Shown piece after piece: positions 42,489 through 51,441 of a DNA stretch of 64,000 nt. The stretch comes from Aphanothece sp. CMT-3BRIN-NPC111 (GTDB taxonomy: Bacteria > Cyanobacteriota > Cyanobacteriia > Cyanobacteriales > JAHHGU01): positions 18,776-82,775 of the forward strand of contig JAHHGU010000009.1 of NCBI GenBank assembly GCA_019359765.1. The letters run 5' to 3'. Within the stretch, counting starts at the first letter, position 1. Each line of letters starts with the position of its first letter. The notes beneath the pieces were generated by a model. That model was not told the origin of the DNA. It was given only the letters and a program-made list of their open reading frames with translations, and ran no database searches. Position numbers and translations under genes: made by a program.

Positions 42489-44338
42489 TCGTCAACTGCA
42501 TCAGTTGGAATTTGACCAGATGGATCGCTTAAAATTTCTTTCAATAGAGGGTTATTGGCTGTCAGCCCGGTTACGTCAATGAAATCAAAAATTTGCTCTT
42601 CGCTTAATCCATAGTCTTGACGAGCTTCATAAACCGACTGAATGGCAATCAGAGGTTTTACATCTTCTACTTTTAGCATTGCCCACTCCCCACCCAGTTC
42701 TGATATAAGTTTGTCAAGATGAGTTTGGGCATTCCAGCGAGGATTGATTTTTTTAGAGCGAACTAAGCAACCACGAGTTAAACCAAATTTTTTGTATTGA
42801 ACTAGGCGACTTAATCCTGCTGTCACCCCTTTTCCATGTGAGTATTGCAGAATAGAAACTCCGATTTTAACAACTTTATCCTTTTCAGTCCCAAGCACCT
42901 TGAAGTTAATGTAACCAGCGTTATCTCTTTTCGGCTCAACACCTGTGACATCTTGTATTGTCACTCCTTCTACATTTTTATGGATTAAAGTACGAAAACC
43001 AAATTTAAGAGCCTTTTCAAGCAATGAAAAATCTTCTAGATACTCTCCTAAGCCTTCTTCAAGCTCTTTATTAAAAGCAAGTTCAACGGGAGGCTTTATT
43101 GGTTCAATTATTGGCGGAGCTGGGTCAACTATAATACGCGGCTTAAAGTTATCTGCACACCATCTCAAAATCTGTCTAACAGTTAGTTTCTGCCTGCCTA
43201 GTTCCACAAGTTCTTCTTTCTCAAAAGGATAAGTAGCAGTGGGAGGGACTAAATTTTTGTCTTTGTAAAAGTTCTCTAGCCACAGAGTAACTAACTTAAC
43301 AATGGAACTACCGTCCATGTAATTTAGATCGATGGGGTTGGGCTGTGCTGCTGAAACTCTTGCTGGTATTCCAGAAGCATTGGAAAATTGCTTGATTTTG
43401 TTTTTCCATGTATCGGGTAGCATTACTGTGACAATGACACCCCGGTTTATATTATCAAAAAGATCCTTTACTAAACTAGCAATAACCTGTGCTCTTGTTA
43501 AACCAGCATCATCAACTTCATTAGCATCCAATTCGTCAAAACAAACAATCAATGTGTTATAATCACTGATTAAGTTTAGTAGTTGGCAAACGGTTTCAAA
43601 AGCTTCTGCTTCTTTATCACTATCTTCATAGTCAGGATTAGGCAATTCCAGTGCGTTAGATTTTGCCTCAGAGAGGGATTTTCCCGATAACCACTTAATT
43701 GCGTGTGGTGCATAGTCTTCTGAAAGTGTTAACAAAATAGCGCGTATAATATCCGGATCTACACGTTTCAAGCGGCGAAAGTCTGCGGCTAGTTTGTCTA
43801 CCCAGTCTATGTTTTTTGCGGCTGCACTATTAGGGTTACTAAATGTTTCGACTAGCTGTTTTGCAGAAAAAAGTTGGGCATTGGGGTTCATAGCTCTCCA
43901 TGCTTTATTAGCCATATCCGCAGCTAGTTCCTGCCACTGCATGACCCCTTGACTACCAATTTGACTGAGGCTATCTGCCAATATTTGCTGAAACTGGTAC
44001 TTAATTAGGTTCAAGTTGCCATACTTACGTGCATAAACAAATAAAGCCCCCCCCTCAGCCTGAAGACGATGCCGAATGCGGCTAATGATGTGACTTTTGC
44101 CAACTCCTGGTTCAGCAGTCATGGCAATTGAAGTCACTTTACATTGACCACTACGAACCTGCTCAATTGCTCGGAAAATCGCATCTGAAGCTTCAGCGTT
44201 TAGAGTTTCAACATCAGGGAAACCCTTGTCCCATACATCTTGATTCGTGACAATCGCAGGTTTGTCAAATAGGTTGTAGCTTTGGATAGCAGCGCTGAGG
44301 GCTTCAATGGAGGATACAGGAGAGCTAGTCATAATCAT
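42485..44338 (-). CDS. P-loop (AAA+/STAND-like) ATPase, paralog 1
   Basis: Walker A AEPGVGKS, Walker B LIVCFDE; ATGA overlap with the nuclease gene. Confidence 0.85.
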   Translation of the reverse strand: MIMTSSPVSSIEALSAAIQSYNLFDKPAIVTNQDVWDKGFPDVETLNAEASDAIFRAIEQVRSGQCKVTSIAMTAEPGVGKSHIISRIRHRLQAEGGALFVYARKYGNLNLIKYQFQQILADSLSQIGSQGVMQWQELAADMANKAWRAMNPNAQLFSAKQLVETFSNPNSAAAKNIDWVDKLAADFRRLKRVDPDIIRAILLTLSEDYAPHAIKWLSGKSLSEAKSNALELPNPDYEDSDKEAEAFETVCQLLNLISDYNTLIVCFDELDANEVDDAGLTRAQVIASLVKDLFDNINRGVIVTVMLPDTWKNKIKQFSNASGIPARVSAAQPNPIDLNYMDGSSIVKLVTLWLENFYKDKNLVPPTATYPFEKEELVELGRQKLTVRQILRWCADNFKPRIIVDPAPPIIEPIKPPVELAFNKELEEGLGEYLEDFSLLEKALKFGFRTLIHKNVEGVTIQDVTGVEPKRDNAGYINFKVLGTEKDKVVKIGVSILQYSHGKGVTAGLSRLVQYKKFGLTRGCLVRSKKINPRWNAQTHLDKLISELGGEWAMLKVEDVKPLIAIQSVYEARQDYGLSEEQIFDFIDVTGLTANNPLLKEILSDPSGQIPTDAVDE

Positions 44339-44373
44339 TCGTGTGAGTTAAGGAAGCTACAAGCAGATGAAAA

Positions 44374-45042
44374 TCAATTGTTAGAGCTTATTCGTTTAGC
44401 GTAGTAGCGCAATCCAGCTAACTGAGTCGTAATCGAGTCTTCAGCTTTATCAGGTGTGATATCTGACATCTCTCCCGCCATCAGCTGCAAAATATCGTTA
44501 GCTTGCATTTCCAGCATCCACTCGTTGAACTGAGAACGGCTAACGCGATCGCCCACCTCTCTTCTAATCCGGTAAATCGGCACCAGATTATCCAGGTTAT
44601 AGTCGCGGTTAAGTTGGTCATAGACATCCAAAGCCACTTGCTTAAACTCGTCGTAAGATGCAACTGCATCCTCTGACTTCTTAGTTGCACCATCAGCTAG
44701 TGTTCCCATCTCCCCGATCCACTTCAACAAAGCATTGGCTGTTCTGGCTCCAATTTGGCTGTCAAACTTAAATTCAGGGCTTTTCAGTCCTTCGCCTAGC
44801 ATCTGGACACCTTTATCAAACAGAGAGACTTTATTTTTGACGATCGCGATCGCGCCCTCTTTCTCCAATTGTTCAAAAACGCCCTTATAGTCCCCAGCCG
44901 TCTCATTAGTCCGTGTAATTCGTTTGGTTAATTCACCTTTCTTAACTTCTGTTGTCGCTCCTCCCATGTCCCACAACGCCAGAAGGATGCGGGTTTTAGC
45001 TTGAGCTTCAGAACCATGTAAACCTTTAGTTTTTGGTGCCAT
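44374..45042 (-). CDS. Putative double winged-helix DNA-binding protein
   Basis: RILLALW...FEQLEKEGAI and LVPIYRIRREVG...SRSQFNEWMLEM patterns. Confidence 0.65.
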   Translation of the reverse strand: MAPKTKGLHGSEAQAKTRILLALWDMGGATTEVKKGELTKRITRTNETAGDYKGVFEQLEKEGAIAIVKNKVSLFDKGVQMLGEGLKSPEFKFDSQIGARTANALLKWIGEMGTLADGATKKSEDAVASYDEFKQVALDVYDQLNRDYNLDNLVPIYRIRREVGDRVSRSQFNEWMLEMQANDILQLMAGEMSDITPDKAEDSITTQLAGLRYYAKRISSNN

Positions 45043-45215
45043 ATTAGGTATATTCCCAAGTTTTTGAGAGATAAAATTAGAGTTTCAGGTAAAAATACTT
45101 AGCAATACCCTACCCTTACATCTCAAGCAAATTGCCAGTCGATGCTGTATAGAATGATGGTGCAGATTGACAGAAAAATTACACCTGATTAAAAAAAGTT
45201 AGTATCCAATTACTC

Positions 45216-46475
45216 GTGGAAATCGACTCTATCCTTAAACCTTTTCAACGCTTTGGCGTCCATCTTGGACTAGAGCGAATTCAGCGACTATTGGCAGATT
45301 TGGGCAACCCACACCACTCAGTCCCAGTCATCCATGTAGCTGGAACCAACGGCAAAGGCTCGGTTTGTGCCTACCTCTCCGCAGTCCTGACAGAGGCAGG
45401 CTATCGCGTGGGACGCTACACCTCTCCCCATCTAATTGATTGGACTGAACGCATCTGTATTAACGAACAGCCGATTTCATCTGAGACGCTAGGAGAATTA
45501 CTCCTTGCAGTCCAGGATGCTATCCGCACCGATACAGAAACTCCAACTCAGTTTGAAGTCATCACAGCAGCGGCGTGGTTGTATTTTGCCCAACAGCAGG
45601 TAGATGTCGCTGTGGTGGAAGTGGGGCTGGGAGGACGCTTGGATGCGACTAATGTATGTGATCGCCCCCTGGTAAGCATCATCACCTCCATTAGTCGGGA
45701 ACACTGGCAGCAACTAGGGCCAACCTTAGCTGACATTGCCACAGAAAAAGCCGGTATCCTCAAACCAGGATGCCCAGCTGTAGTGGGATTATTGCCCCCA
45801 GAAGCAAAAGCTGTAATAGCGCAAAAGATTGCCCAGTTGGGATGCCCAGCAGTTTGGCCTCAACCAGCACGACAGATAGGAGAGGGTTGGGCTGAATACC
45901 AGGGCATCAAGTATCCTTTGCCGCTACTAGGAGACATCCAGCTAATTAACTCAGCATTAGCGATCGCCGCCTTACAAATTCTCTGTTCACAAGGCTGGAA
46001 GATTTCTGAACAAGCGATCGCCGCAGGTATGGCAAAAACCAACTGGCCTGGACGCCTTCAGTGGACAACCTGGAAAAATCACCGATTACTAATTGACGGT
46101 GCCCACAATCCAGCTGCCGCCCAAGCACTTCGCCAGTATGTCGATACTTGTGGCGTCTCCGTGACTTGGGTAATGGGGATGCTATCTACAAAAGATCATG
46201 CCGAGATTTTTAAGGCATTACTGCAATCGGGCGATCGCTTGTACTTAGTACCAGTCCCGGATCATAGTTCAGCAGATCCAGAACATTTAGCCACCCTAGC
46301 GGGAAACATCTGCCCACAGCTAGGCGATCGCCGAACCTTCCCAAATCTCACCAAAGGGCTAGAGGCGGCAACCTCAACCGCCACCGCCAAGAATTTATTA
46401 GTCCTATGTGGCTCACTTTATCTAGTTGGCTATTTCCTGAAACAGGTAATGGCTCATGATAGCTATGAGTTATGA
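45216..46475 (+). CDS. folC: Folylpolyglutamate/dihydrofolate synthase
   Basis: HVAGTNGKGS, EVGLGGRLDATN, WPGR and DGAHN. Confidence 0.97.
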   Translation: MEIDSILKPFQRFGVHLGLERIQRLLADLGNPHHSVPVIHVAGTNGKGSVCAYLSAVLTEAGYRVGRYTSPHLIDWTERICINEQPISSETLGELLLAVQDAIRTDTETPTQFEVITAAAWLYFAQQQVDVAVVEVGLGGRLDATNVCDRPLVSIITSISREHWQQLGPTLADIATEKAGILKPGCPAVVGLLPPEAKAVIAQKIAQLGCPAVWPQPARQIGEGWAEYQGIKYPLPLLGDIQLINSALAIAALQILCSQGWKISEQAIAAGMAKTNWPGRLQWTTWKNHRLLIDGAHNPAAAQALRQYVDTCGVSVTWVMGMLSTKDHAEIFKALLQSGDRLYLVPVPDHSSADPEHLATLAGNICPQLGDRRTFPNLTKGLEAATSTATAKNLLVLCGSLYLVGYFLKQVMAHDSYEL

Positions 46476-46502
46476 GCCTTGAATGTTGAGTTAGTAATTA
46501 TT

Positions 46503-46534
46503 AACTCAAAACTCAAAACTCAAAACTCAAAACT
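46503..46534 (+). repeat. Heptamer STRR (aaactca)n
   Basis: aactcaaaactcaaaactcaaaactcaaaact between convergent genes. Confidence 0.9.
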
Positions 46535-46535
46535 T

Positions 46536-47816
46536 TTATTTTTGATCCCACGCTTGGGCTGCATCCGCAACTGCCTTATCTACCGTTTTTTCCCCTAACA
46601 TTGCCGCTTGGATATTTTCATAAATCGCCTTTTGCAACACATTGAGATTCTTCATCGCTGGGACTAAAACCTCTGCCTGTGACAATTGGCTGGCACTAAT
46701 GCTGCGACCCTGTTCTACCGAGGATACATTCTTATCACTTGCCAGAGCGCGTTTATACTCTTCCACCGCCTTAGCAGTAGAGGGCAGAACGTTTGCAGTC
46801 TTGGCAAAAGCCAGCTGATTTTGTGTGTTGGTGACAAATAGGGCAAACTTGAGAGCCTCATCCGGCTTATCCGTGTTGCGGGGAATGACCAAGTTCATCA
46901 CTGCTACATTTTTCTTACCAGTCTCCCCAGTAATCTGCGGTGCGACAGCTGAAGCTTTGGCAATTCCTGGTGCATTTTTGGCAATTGTCTCGATAAACTC
47001 AGCCCCAGAACCCAACATTGCCGTCTCCCCAGCTTGGTAAAGTTCAATCGCGTGCTGGTGACCTTGGGTAAGCACTTCCCTTGGCAGTAGCCCCTTCTTG
47101 TAAAGGTCTACCCAATACTGGAACGCTGCTTTACCTGCCGGGGTATTAAAAGCCGCTTTACCCTGAGCATCTACTAGCTGGACGCCCATCTGCACGAAGG
47201 ACTCTAAGACTTGGGCTGAATCTTCGGGAACCAGGGTAATAAAAAAGGCATACTTGCCAGTTTTATCCTTAATTTGCTGGGCTATCTGCCCCAATTCTGC
47301 ATAAGTAGCTGGTGGCTTGCTGATACCTGCTTGCTTCAACAAATCCTTGTTGTAAATAGTGACGCTACTGCTGAGATACCAGGGAAGGCCAAAGCTTTTG
47401 CCGTTGAGGGTGCTGGCATTCCATATATTAGGTAAATACTCTTGGCGCACAGTTTGGGGCACTTTAGCATCTAGATCCAACCAAGCATTGCGTGACGCCA
47501 GCTGAGAGGCAAAATCAGGGTTGAGGTTCACGACATCCGGTGCCGTTTTTGCCGAAACCGCTGTCAGGATTTTACTCTCCATCGCTGACCAAGGGACGTC
47601 TACCCAGCGCACCTTGACGCCGGGGTTTTGCGATTCAAAAGTGGCAATCAGCTCGTTGAAATAGTTTGTGAACTTCGGCTGTAACTGCATTGTCCAGAAC
47701 TCAATTTCTGGATTTTTTGATTGGGAAGGACCGGTGCTACAGCTGACTACCCAGCTAAGAAGCAACCCCAACAGGGCAAATACGCCCAGACGTCTCCAGG
47801 TTCTCATCCGGCTCAT
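46536..47816 (-). CDS. Sugar ABC transporter substrate-binding lipoprotein
   Basis: Lipobox VVSC; APDVV, GLPWY and IYNKDLLKQAG. Confidence 0.9.
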   Translation of the reverse strand: MSRMRTWRRLGVFALLGLLLSWVVSCSTGPSQSKNPEIEFWTMQLQPKFTNYFNELIATFESQNPGVKVRWVDVPWSAMESKILTAVSAKTAPDVVNLNPDFASQLASRNAWLDLDAKVPQTVRQEYLPNIWNASTLNGKSFGLPWYLSSSVTIYNKDLLKQAGISKPPATYAELGQIAQQIKDKTGKYAFFITLVPEDSAQVLESFVQMGVQLVDAQGKAAFNTPAGKAAFQYWVDLYKKGLLPREVLTQGHQHAIELYQAGETAMLGSGAEFIETIAKNAPGIAKASAVAPQITGETGKKNVAVMNLVIPRNTDKPDEALKFALFVTNTQNQLAFAKTANVLPSTAKAVEEYKRALASDKNVSSVEQGRSISASQLSQAEVLVPAMKNLNVLQKAIYENIQAAMLGEKTVDKAVADAAQAWDQK

Positions 47817-48505
47817 TGGCTTTTGATTCTTCTTTCGGCGCTAGCAGTAACCCATCCTACAGGATAAATCCTGCGAGTACAAGAAACGAATCTAAGAAAC
47901 CGCAAAGATGCAAAGAGTGCTAAGGAAGAAGCCCAAGATAAAGTTTGCCAATGATTTAGGATTACTATATATCGACGGATGCACTAGGGTTTTCAGACTG
48001 TTGTTTATAACAATAAGCTTTTATGCTTTCGTAAATTTAATATTAATCTTAAGTGATTTGCTTTACAAAAATCATTAACTTCTAGGTATCAATATAGTAC
48101 TATCAAAATATATCGCTAAATGTTAGATTATTTTAATAATTATTAATACTTGTTAAAATTGTTAAATTAGCTTTAAATGCTATATTGCTTTTTACTAAAC
48201 TAGCTATATGTAACATAAAATAGATAATGTAATACAAAAACGTCCGCTCTTCAGTAGGTACATTAAATATATGGGAACATGGCGGTACTTTGGGCAAAAC
48301 TACCGTTTGGCAGGGGTGTGGTTGATGTATAAAGCCGCAAATTATCGCCTAAAAGCATGGATATGAGTTAATTAAACGTATGGTAAAGGATGGGGCTTTT
48401 GGGCGATCGCAGTACAAGCGCTAGTACATATCGCTCCACGCCCAGCTGACCATGCCTATGGCAGGGAATTAGGTACTAGGTGACCATTGGGGATTATAAG
48501 CTACA

Positions 48506-49687
48506 TTGATTACCAAGCAGAGCGATCGCGCCTGTGCCCTATCCCCACTTCTAAACTTCAAGACATTAGCCCAAAAAGATATGTTTAGCCGTTTAAAAGG
48601 TCTGATTTCCAAACGCACGAAAGGCATAGGTATAGAACTGGCTCCGGAACGGATTAACATTGCTCAACTACGGAAGCAAGGTAATGGCTTCAAGCTGGCA
48701 ACACTATCTTCTGTCGAGGTTCCAGAAGGTATCTTTCAAGAAGGAAAGATTGCTGACTCCCCGGCCCTGGCGGAATTGCTCCAGTCAGCACTGGCAGAAA
48801 GTAAGATCAAAGTCGATCGCGTCGCCACAGCGGTGCCAATGCGGGAAGCGGTTATCCGTATCATTCCAGTTCCCGCAGAACTAGACGATCGAGAACTACG
48901 AGAGATGGTTCTTAACCATGAAGCGGGTCTCTATTTGCCTTATCCGCGAGAAGAAGTCAATGTCGATTATCAGAAGCTGGACATAATTTTAGATGAAGAT
49001 GGTATTGAGAAGGTGCAAGTGCTGCTGGTAGCAACCCGCAAAGAAGTAACAGACACCTATATTGATACATTTCAGCAAGCTGGGTTACGCATAGATGTGC
49101 TAGAGATTAACAGCTTTGCTTTAATTCGGACAATTAGAGAGCAGTTGCGGCAATTTACGCCGCAAGAAGCCGCAGTCTTGGTAGATATTGAGTTCGATAG
49201 TACCGAAATTGCCATTATTGTCAATGGGGTGCCTCAATTTAATCGCACAGTTCCCATCGGGACTTACCAACTTCAGAGCGCACTTAGTCGCGCCATGAAT
49301 TTACCAAATTCGAGAAATACCGAACTGCTGCAAGGAATGACGATTCCCACCAATATGCCAGCCGATAATTTACGCACCGGAGCCACTGGTATCAATCCCG
49401 GCATGGGCGCTTTATTGAGAGTATTAGGAGAGCTAGCCGATGAACTGCGACGCTCTATAGATTTTTATCTAAATCAAAGCGAAAATCTAGAAGTGGCACA
49501 GCTTCTACTGGCAGGACCTGGAGCAGGAATGGGACAACTAGATGAATTTTTCACACAAAGGTTAAGCTTGCCCACTACTCAGGTAGACCCAGTGGCAGCT
49601 CTTTCCTTACAAGTGGATCAGGAAATTCCCCCAGTGCAACGGCCAGGATTGGGAACTGTATTAGGCTTAGGGCTGCGAGAGGTTTGA
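48506..49687 (+). CDS. pilM: Type IV pilus assembly protein PilM
   Basis: IGIELAP, ELRRSIDFY and LGLGLREV; likely start at 48581. Confidence 0.95.
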   Translation: MITKQSDRACALSPLLNFKTLAQKDMFSRLKGLISKRTKGIGIELAPERINIAQLRKQGNGFKLATLSSVEVPEGIFQEGKIADSPALAELLQSALAESKIKVDRVATAVPMREAVIRIIPVPAELDDRELREMVLNHEAGLYLPYPREEVNVDYQKLDIILDEDGIEKVQVLLVATRKEVTDTYIDTFQQAGLRIDVLEINSFALIRTIREQLRQFTPQEAAVLVDIEFDSTEIAIIVNGVPQFNRTVPIGTYQLQSALSRAMNLPNSRNTELLQGMTIPTNMPADNLRTGATGINPGMGALLRVLGELADELRRSIDFYLNQSENLEVAQLLLAGPGAGMGQLDEFFTQRLSLPTTQVDPVAALSLQVDQEIPPVQRPGLGTVLGLGLREV

Positions 49688-49691
49688 AGCA

Positions 49692-50603
49692 ATGTATAGC
49701 CTGGATATTAATTTTCTCAAAGACCGTCCAGATTATGTAGCCAATGGTAGGGGCGCTACGAAATCGGAAAAAAAATCGGTGTCCATGGAAACAATGCTGC
49801 CACTGTTTTTGGGGGTAGCGGTGGGCATCATATTGCCCGTAGCGGTTGGCGGCTTGTGGTTTTTCCTGCAACAGCAAATAGCCGGGTTAGAGCAGCAACA
49901 AGCTGAGCTTGATAGGCAGCTGGGCGCTCTTAAAGGAATAGACGAACAAGTTAACAAAATCAACCAAGAAGTCAACCAAGTTAATGGGGAAACCCAGGCG
50001 CTAGCAAGTGTTTTCAATCAAATCAAGCCTTGGTCAGCTATGCTGCAAGATATTCGCGAACGCATTCCTCCTGGCGTCCGCATTAGGACTATCCAACAGA
50101 CCCAAATAGCTGCGGCTCCACCTAGTCCCGGCGCTACGCCTAGTCCCAGCGCTACGCCTAGTCCCAGCGCTACACCTAGTCCCGGCGCTACACCTAGTCC
50201 CGGTGCTACACCAAGCCCCAATGCCCAAGCTGCGCCAGCCTTTACAAGCCAACTAACGATTTCAGGAACTGCTCGTTCATTCAACGAGGTGAATGACTTT
50301 CTACTAACGCTACAACGGTCTAACTTATTGAAAAAAGACGAAACTCAGTTAGTGAGTGCAAAACTGATCGATGACCCCACGCCGGTGGAATTCCCTAAGG
50401 TAGCCTCGACACCTGGTGTGACGACAGCATCAGCAACACCGGAAGTGAAGGTACAACTGCCAAAAGTGGTGGACTACACAATTCAAACTAACCTTAATAA
50501 TGTTCCTGCTTCTGAGTTACTTCGAGAGTTAGATCGCAAAGGTGCTGTGGGACTGGTAACTCGGATCAGAAGCCTTCAAGAGAAAGGAGTGATTCAACCA
50601 TGA
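49692..50603 (+). CDS. pilN: Type IV pilus assembly protein PilN
   Basis: LDINFL, PWSAMLQDIR and ISGTARSFNEVNDFLLTL. Confidence 0.92.
   Translation: MYSLDINFLKDRPDYVANGRGATKSEKKSVSMETMLPLFLGVAVGIILPVAVGGLWFFLQQQIAGLEQQQAELDRQLGALKGIDEQVNKINQEVNQVNGETQALASVFNQIKPWSAMLQDIRERIPPGVRIRTIQQTQIAAAPPSPGATPSPSATPSPSATPSPGATPSPGATPSPNAQAAPAFTSQLTISGTARSFNEVNDFLLTLQRSNLLKKDETQLVSAKLIDDPTPVEFPKVASTPGVTTASATPEVKVQLPKVVDYTIQTNLNNVPASELLRELDRKGAVGLVTRIRSLQEKGVIQP
50121..50219 (+). repeat. 18-bp tandem repeat (PSPGAT, ~5.5 copies) inside pilN
   Basis: cctagtccc(g/a)g(c/t)gctac(g/a) repeated five times. Confidence 0.95.
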
Positions 50604-51361
50604 CCTATACTGAGGAATTTATACCAACTGAGTCAGACGAGGAGTTAAACGAGACAGCTGATTATCCCACTGCCTTTGGTATTACCTTCACTCCCGTAAT
50701 TAGTGGCGCTCTAATTGGGGTTTTAGGTTTGTTGGGAGCAGCCTATCTTGTAGTCAACCAGGTGCTTCCCACTTGGGAAAAATATCAAGAGGTGCAAACA
50801 AAAGTTGAAGACACGCAGGCTCAAATTCAACAAAAACAAGGCAGCCAGCAAAAAATTAATGCCGCGCAGGCAAAACTAGAAGCTGCTAAACAGCAAAGAA
50901 AACAGGTGCTAGCCTTATTTTCTAATGAAAAAACGCTAGATACCTTGTTGCTAGATCTGAACCGCTTCATTGCTTCTAGGCAGGGCCAATTGCAAAGTTT
51001 TGTGCCGGATCAACAAGCTGCCACTGTAATTACTGATAATTCTTTTGGTCCAGGCGTGAACGGTAAACTCAAATCAAAGAGTGCCACAATTCAGCTAGAG
51101 GGCAGCTTCGACCAAATTCAGTCCATCATGCGTAGTATTGAGCGACTACAGCCCCTGCTGATCTTCAGAGACTTTCAAACTCAGGTCGGTACGACGAATC
51201 CTCAAAAAATTGTGGTTGACCGACAGGGCAAAGCGGTTTCTATTGGTCAACCGACGTTGGCAACGACTTTTAAGCTACAGGCGCTGGTGCCATTGACACC
51301 AGAGGAACAGCAGCAAGCAGCGGCAGCAGCGGCAGCGGCTGCCCCACCCCCTGCAAAGTAA
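50600..51361 (+). CDS. pilO: Type IV pilus assembly protein PilO
   Basis: TM plus coiled coil, LDTLLLDLN and GSFDQIQSIMRSIERLQPL; operon position. Confidence 0.88.
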   Translation: MTYTEEFIPTESDEELNETADYPTAFGITFTPVISGALIGVLGLLGAAYLVVNQVLPTWEKYQEVQTKVEDTQAQIQQKQGSQQKINAAQAKLEAAKQQRKQVLALFSNEKTLDTLLLDLNRFIASRQGQLQSFVPDQQAATVITDNSFGPGVNGKLKSKSATIQLEGSFDQIQSIMRSIERLQPLLIFRDFQTQVGTTNPQKIVVDRQGKAVSIGQPTLATTFKLQALVPLTPEEQQQAAAAAAAAAPPPAK

Positions 51362-51441
51362 GCAATAGGGGCGGGGGAAGAAACGCGGCCCTATTGCCAG
51401 TTACCAGGCTTCATGCCAGTAGTTAAATTAAATGGCTTTGT

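Noticed and set aside
38741-45042. Assigning the ATPase locus to BREX, McrBC or Type I/III RM
   Set aside because: No PglX/PglZ, no McrB GTPase NxxD signature, and no methyltransferase or helicase motifs
47950-48300. Very AT-rich stretch as a possible origin or foreign DNA
   Set aside because: No DnaA-box cluster seen; best explained as the divergent promoter region of the SBP gene and pilM
50121-50219. pilN 18-bp repeats as a possible CRISPR array or phase-variation tract
   Set aside because: No spacers; an in-frame Pro-rich linker whose unit length is a multiple of three
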